Assembly: GCA_964036045.1 (NCBI GenBank)
Contig: OZ038378.1
Coordinates: 175,460,001-175,524,000, forward strand
Direction of reading: 5' to 3'
Source: Eutreptiella sp. 'Long Island Sound 2002'
Taxonomy: Eukaryota; Protista; Euglenida
DNA length: 64,000 bases
Each line of letters opens with the position of its first letter. Within the stretch, counting starts at the first letter, position 1. Made by a program: the position numbers and the translations under genes. Positions 60,535 through 64,000 of the stretch are shown piece after piece. Below the pieces are notes generated by a model. It was not told the origin of the DNA, did not search any database, and was given only the letters and a program-made list of their open reading frames with translations.

Positions 60535-62029
60535 GTGCCTGCATGTGAGGGTGTTTGGGAGGGTAGACAGCCAACAAAATGGATTTGAGCATTGCCACCG
60601 ATTGGGGGAGATGCTTCGGCGCTGCAAGAAGCTGCAAAGCAACTTCCTTCAGGCAGACCCCCGGGTTTCTAAATCGGTATTAGTTGATGGTGGTTATCAC
60701 GGCTGGTGCGTAGGTCGAGTAGAAAGCCATTAAGGTCAAGGGCAGCTCTTGATTGTTTGCCTCGCATTTCTGATCGCGTGTTTTCACAATGAAAATGAAA
60801 TCACAACAAACTGCATTCCACACATGTGACCATTCCGGGGCCATGTCATAGACCTTTCATGTGTTGCACATAAATATCACGGAACGTACCAGCATCAACT
60901 TTCTGACCAGATCCCTTTCAGAGCTGCATTGATGAGACCCAAATTTCCTGAGGAATAACATCATGACAGCAGAATGCTCCCACGGTCCAAGTCGGTTTGT
61001 GTTCAACCACAATGAGGCAGGAGGCCGGCAGGAAGCCCGGTTTCCAGACCCCTGCACCCCATTAGGCACAGACTCTTCGGGGCTCGCTGCCAAAGGGGCC
61101 TCTTTTTGAACCAACCCCCCCTTTTGCAAGGGGTCTATCTGGGGTGATCACCAACGCTGCATAATCTGAAGTGGCCCCTCACCCAAGCTTTTCATGTCAC
61201 GGCTGCTCTTGTTCTGCCACAATCACACTATCACATGTGTTAGGGCATACAGGAGGACTGTACATGCTTTGGCACATGTTTTGTACGGCAACGAGGATGC
61301 TTTCTTTGGGAGCATGAGATGACATAAACATTGAAAAAAAAGAGGCGAAAGAGGGTCGTTTCTCGGAACATGTGCTCTGCTTAAAGTTCTCATTGGCAGA
61401 GTGCGTTAGGGGGGGGGATACAGGCTCGTGGATTCCACAATATCCCAGAATGTACTGGAAACTGGAACTTGCCTTTTCTCTTGCAGAGCCATTTGCTTTG
61501 TCCCTTATGCAGCATCAAAGACAAGGATGTTTGCACGTTGCTGGCCACATGCATACCCTGTGCCTGCACTTTGATGGCCAAATGCTTAGCATGTAGGTTA
61601 ATTTGGGGAATTCGGACTACCATTAGCCGGGGGAGGCGTGGTGGCAGTAGATCCTCGAAGACAATTTGTCGCATGCTTTTCTAGCTTCATACCCTGCAGC
61701 ACACAGTTTGAGAAGTAACCAGAGACGGGAGTAACTGTTGTGTGTGCATATAGGGCATTCAAACATATTTTCTTGTTGTTTGCCATCCTTTCATCATACT
61801 CTTCATGTCTCATTGGTTTACCATCCCCTTGAGGCTTCTCCTTTTCACAAATTGTACACATGGTGCCCGAACAAGTGCACCCTCATATGGCAGAAGTTAT
61901 GCAGTTGTCTCCTCCGTGCTTTCAGGACCCGGATATGGACCTCGTTAGAATTCCCAACAATGCTTTGCATGTTGAGATGGGGTCCTAGTGTGTCCTTTTG
62001 CGCAGGTCTTTTGCAATGCATGATCCCAC

Positions 62030-64000
62030 ACACAAAATGACAGAGCAAATTGCCATCTTCTTAGCCACAGGCAGAATAACGGAGGAATGGGCACTGACCA
62101 TCTTAAACCCGAAACGGAAGGGAACAATTTCTGTCGACCACCTCAGACCCTTGTGCTTACAGAGCGTCCTATTCAAATGGGTCTCTATGACCCTATATCT
62201 GATGCTCCAAGACCTTCTTCTGTGTGCCACCCCCCCGGAGTAGAAGGGGTTCATGAAAGGAAGGTACATATTCCAACACATGTGGGAGGCCCGAGCTGCG
62301 TGGGAAGCGATGGAGTATGGCCTGTTCATATCCATCGACTTTGCAAAGGCATTTGATTCGGTTCACCACAATTACTTTATTGCTTTCTTCCAACATCTAG
62401 GCCTCCCTCCCCCCATGATATCACTCATACCGTCCATGCTCACTTCACCCTTTGTGTTTGGAGTGGGAAGGGGCGTGGTGTGCACAGTGCAGGTAAAACC
62501 AGGATCAGGGGTAAGACAAGGGGACCCACTCTCTCCGGCGGTTTTTGCCATGGTCTGCTCCGTGCTCATACCACAGCTCCAGGAGGTCTCCCCTGCAATA
62601 CGAGCCTTGTTCTATGCGGATGACCTCATGATTTACATCCCTATCTCACCTTCCCTGATTATCCAGCTGCTTCCCAACATCATGCAAGTCCTCAAAACAT
62701 ACACCAAGTTTGTAGGACTACACATCAATGAAGACAAGTCAGCCTTTTTACTGAAGGGATTTTGGTCGGACAACCAGCGAAAGAGGCTCACTGACAGAGG
62801 AATACCTATTAAAGCCAAAGTCAAGTATCTAGGAAACCTTTTCGGACAGGTATCGGCGGAGGAAGCCTATGCCCCACACTTGGCCCGAGCGATCGTGCTA
62901 GCACAGTTTGCGGCCATCCTGCCCCTCACTCTCCCGGAAAGGGCACAGGTTTTACAGGAATGGATCCTCCCTCTGCTGATCTACCCGGCCCGAGCGTACT
63001 TCCCAACTGAGGAAGTGCACAACAAATTGGCTCATATATACAGGATAGCCTTGCGTGTCAGCAGTTGGGGCCTGACGCTCCCCATCTGGCAGCAACCACC
63101 CAAATTGGGAGGCCCGTCGCTCCCCAAGCCTTCGGTATACCTTCTGTCGCAACATGCCACACACTTTGTCACATCCAGGGCGGAACCTGCAACCCTCTCC
63201 CCAATCTCAGCTAGACACTTTGAGGGCTGGGCGCGCAGATTCGGAGTGGCAGCGGAACTGGCTGATCTTCCCTGGTTTCAGCTGGGACCCATCCCCTGGA
63301 ACACCTACCCTTTCGTAGGGACCTCTGCAAAGGCATTCTCACTGCCGAGAAAACAGGCCCCGGTGATACCCCCAAATGCGGACCAGGTGGCCAGACGGAG
63401 CTGCTGGCATTCAGTGCTTTTTCGGGACACTAACAAAAACACTTACTTCTCGCCGAAACTCATTTGGGCAGGGATCACGAAAATACGATAGCTAACGCCG
63501 CAAATGCAAACCACGCTAACCCCCACCTGGCTCCCCACGCACCAGGCACACCTGAGGCAGCAATGGCCACCGCCACGCCTATCCCCCCCCCCCCCCCAGG
63601 AAACGTTAGCCATCTTCTGGGGAGGATGGAACACGAAAAAGATGCTGCATTACCTGATGCAGCAGCAACCACCAGAGCCTAGGCAAACACCTGAGGTGTG
63701 GCAGACATGGAGCAAGCTATCACCGCCGGCCAAACATCACACATTCATGCAAATAGCATTGTGGAAAAAAAATACCAGTAGGGCTAAGGCTGGCCAACTG
63801 GCTCCCGCACAATGTACCCTGCCCCATCGACGGACAAGTAGAGGATGTTAAACATGCACTGTGCGACTGCTGTTTCCTCACCCCTGCATTCCACATCGCC
63901 CAACAATGCATGGGCCCCGCAGTGCTGGAAGATCTCACGGAAAGTGACCCGCAGGTTATCCTTTGGGATCAACCGGCCCTCTCCCTCCAAACCCCCCTGG
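62030..64000 (+). mobile_element. Degenerate L1/Tx1-like LINE ORF2 (RT), runs off the window
   Basis: LRPLCLQSVLFK, stop at 62241 in PPE*KGF, IDFAKAFDSVHH, GVRQGDPLSP, YADD, KYLG; frameshifts after 63491, then a CPIDGQVED..H-type Zn finger relic. Confidence 0.9.

Noticed and set aside
61470-61600. Candidate final thaumatin exon (RCWPHAY)
   Set aside because: It lacks the expected CPxAYSYxxDD/FCP motifs and hits a stop early.

Overview
Repeat-rich eukaryotic nuclear DNA, probably from a protist; a euglenid-like host is inferred from the splice-donor bias and the repeat landscape and is not verified. Three host genes lie on the + strand, all with GT-AG introns. (1) A Sec24 COPII coat subunit: 13 exons rebuilt by hand from 163 to 23774, 2101 nt in one continuous frame, 5' end outside the window. 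(2) A TIGR02452/DUF2263 microbial-type PARG-like macrodomain gene: exons 41731-42672 and 46080-46457, 5' exons uncertain. (3) A thaumatin-like gene, about 54-60.5 kb, 3' end not found. Introns and intergenic DNA are packed with nested mobile elements: four fragments of an L1/Tx1-like non-LTR retrotransposon family (RT, Zn finger, C-terminal RNase H), tRNA-derived SINE-like pieces, TA-flanked MITEs with poly-C/poly-G ends, PIF/Harbinger-like elements with 3-bp TSDs, and minisatellites. The strongest candidate for an undescribed system is at 42906-45732. There a SINE-like element and an RNase H-bearing LINE with homologous 3' tails sit in tandem at one 16-bp site (ATAAGCTACGCCCTTG, present 3 times) that overlaps the left terminal inverted repeat of a MITE. 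An empty copy of that MITE is at 20957-21200. This looks like a sequence-specific LINE/SINE pair that parasitises a DNA transposon while leaving its TIRs intact. All coordinates were read by eye and may be off by a few bases.
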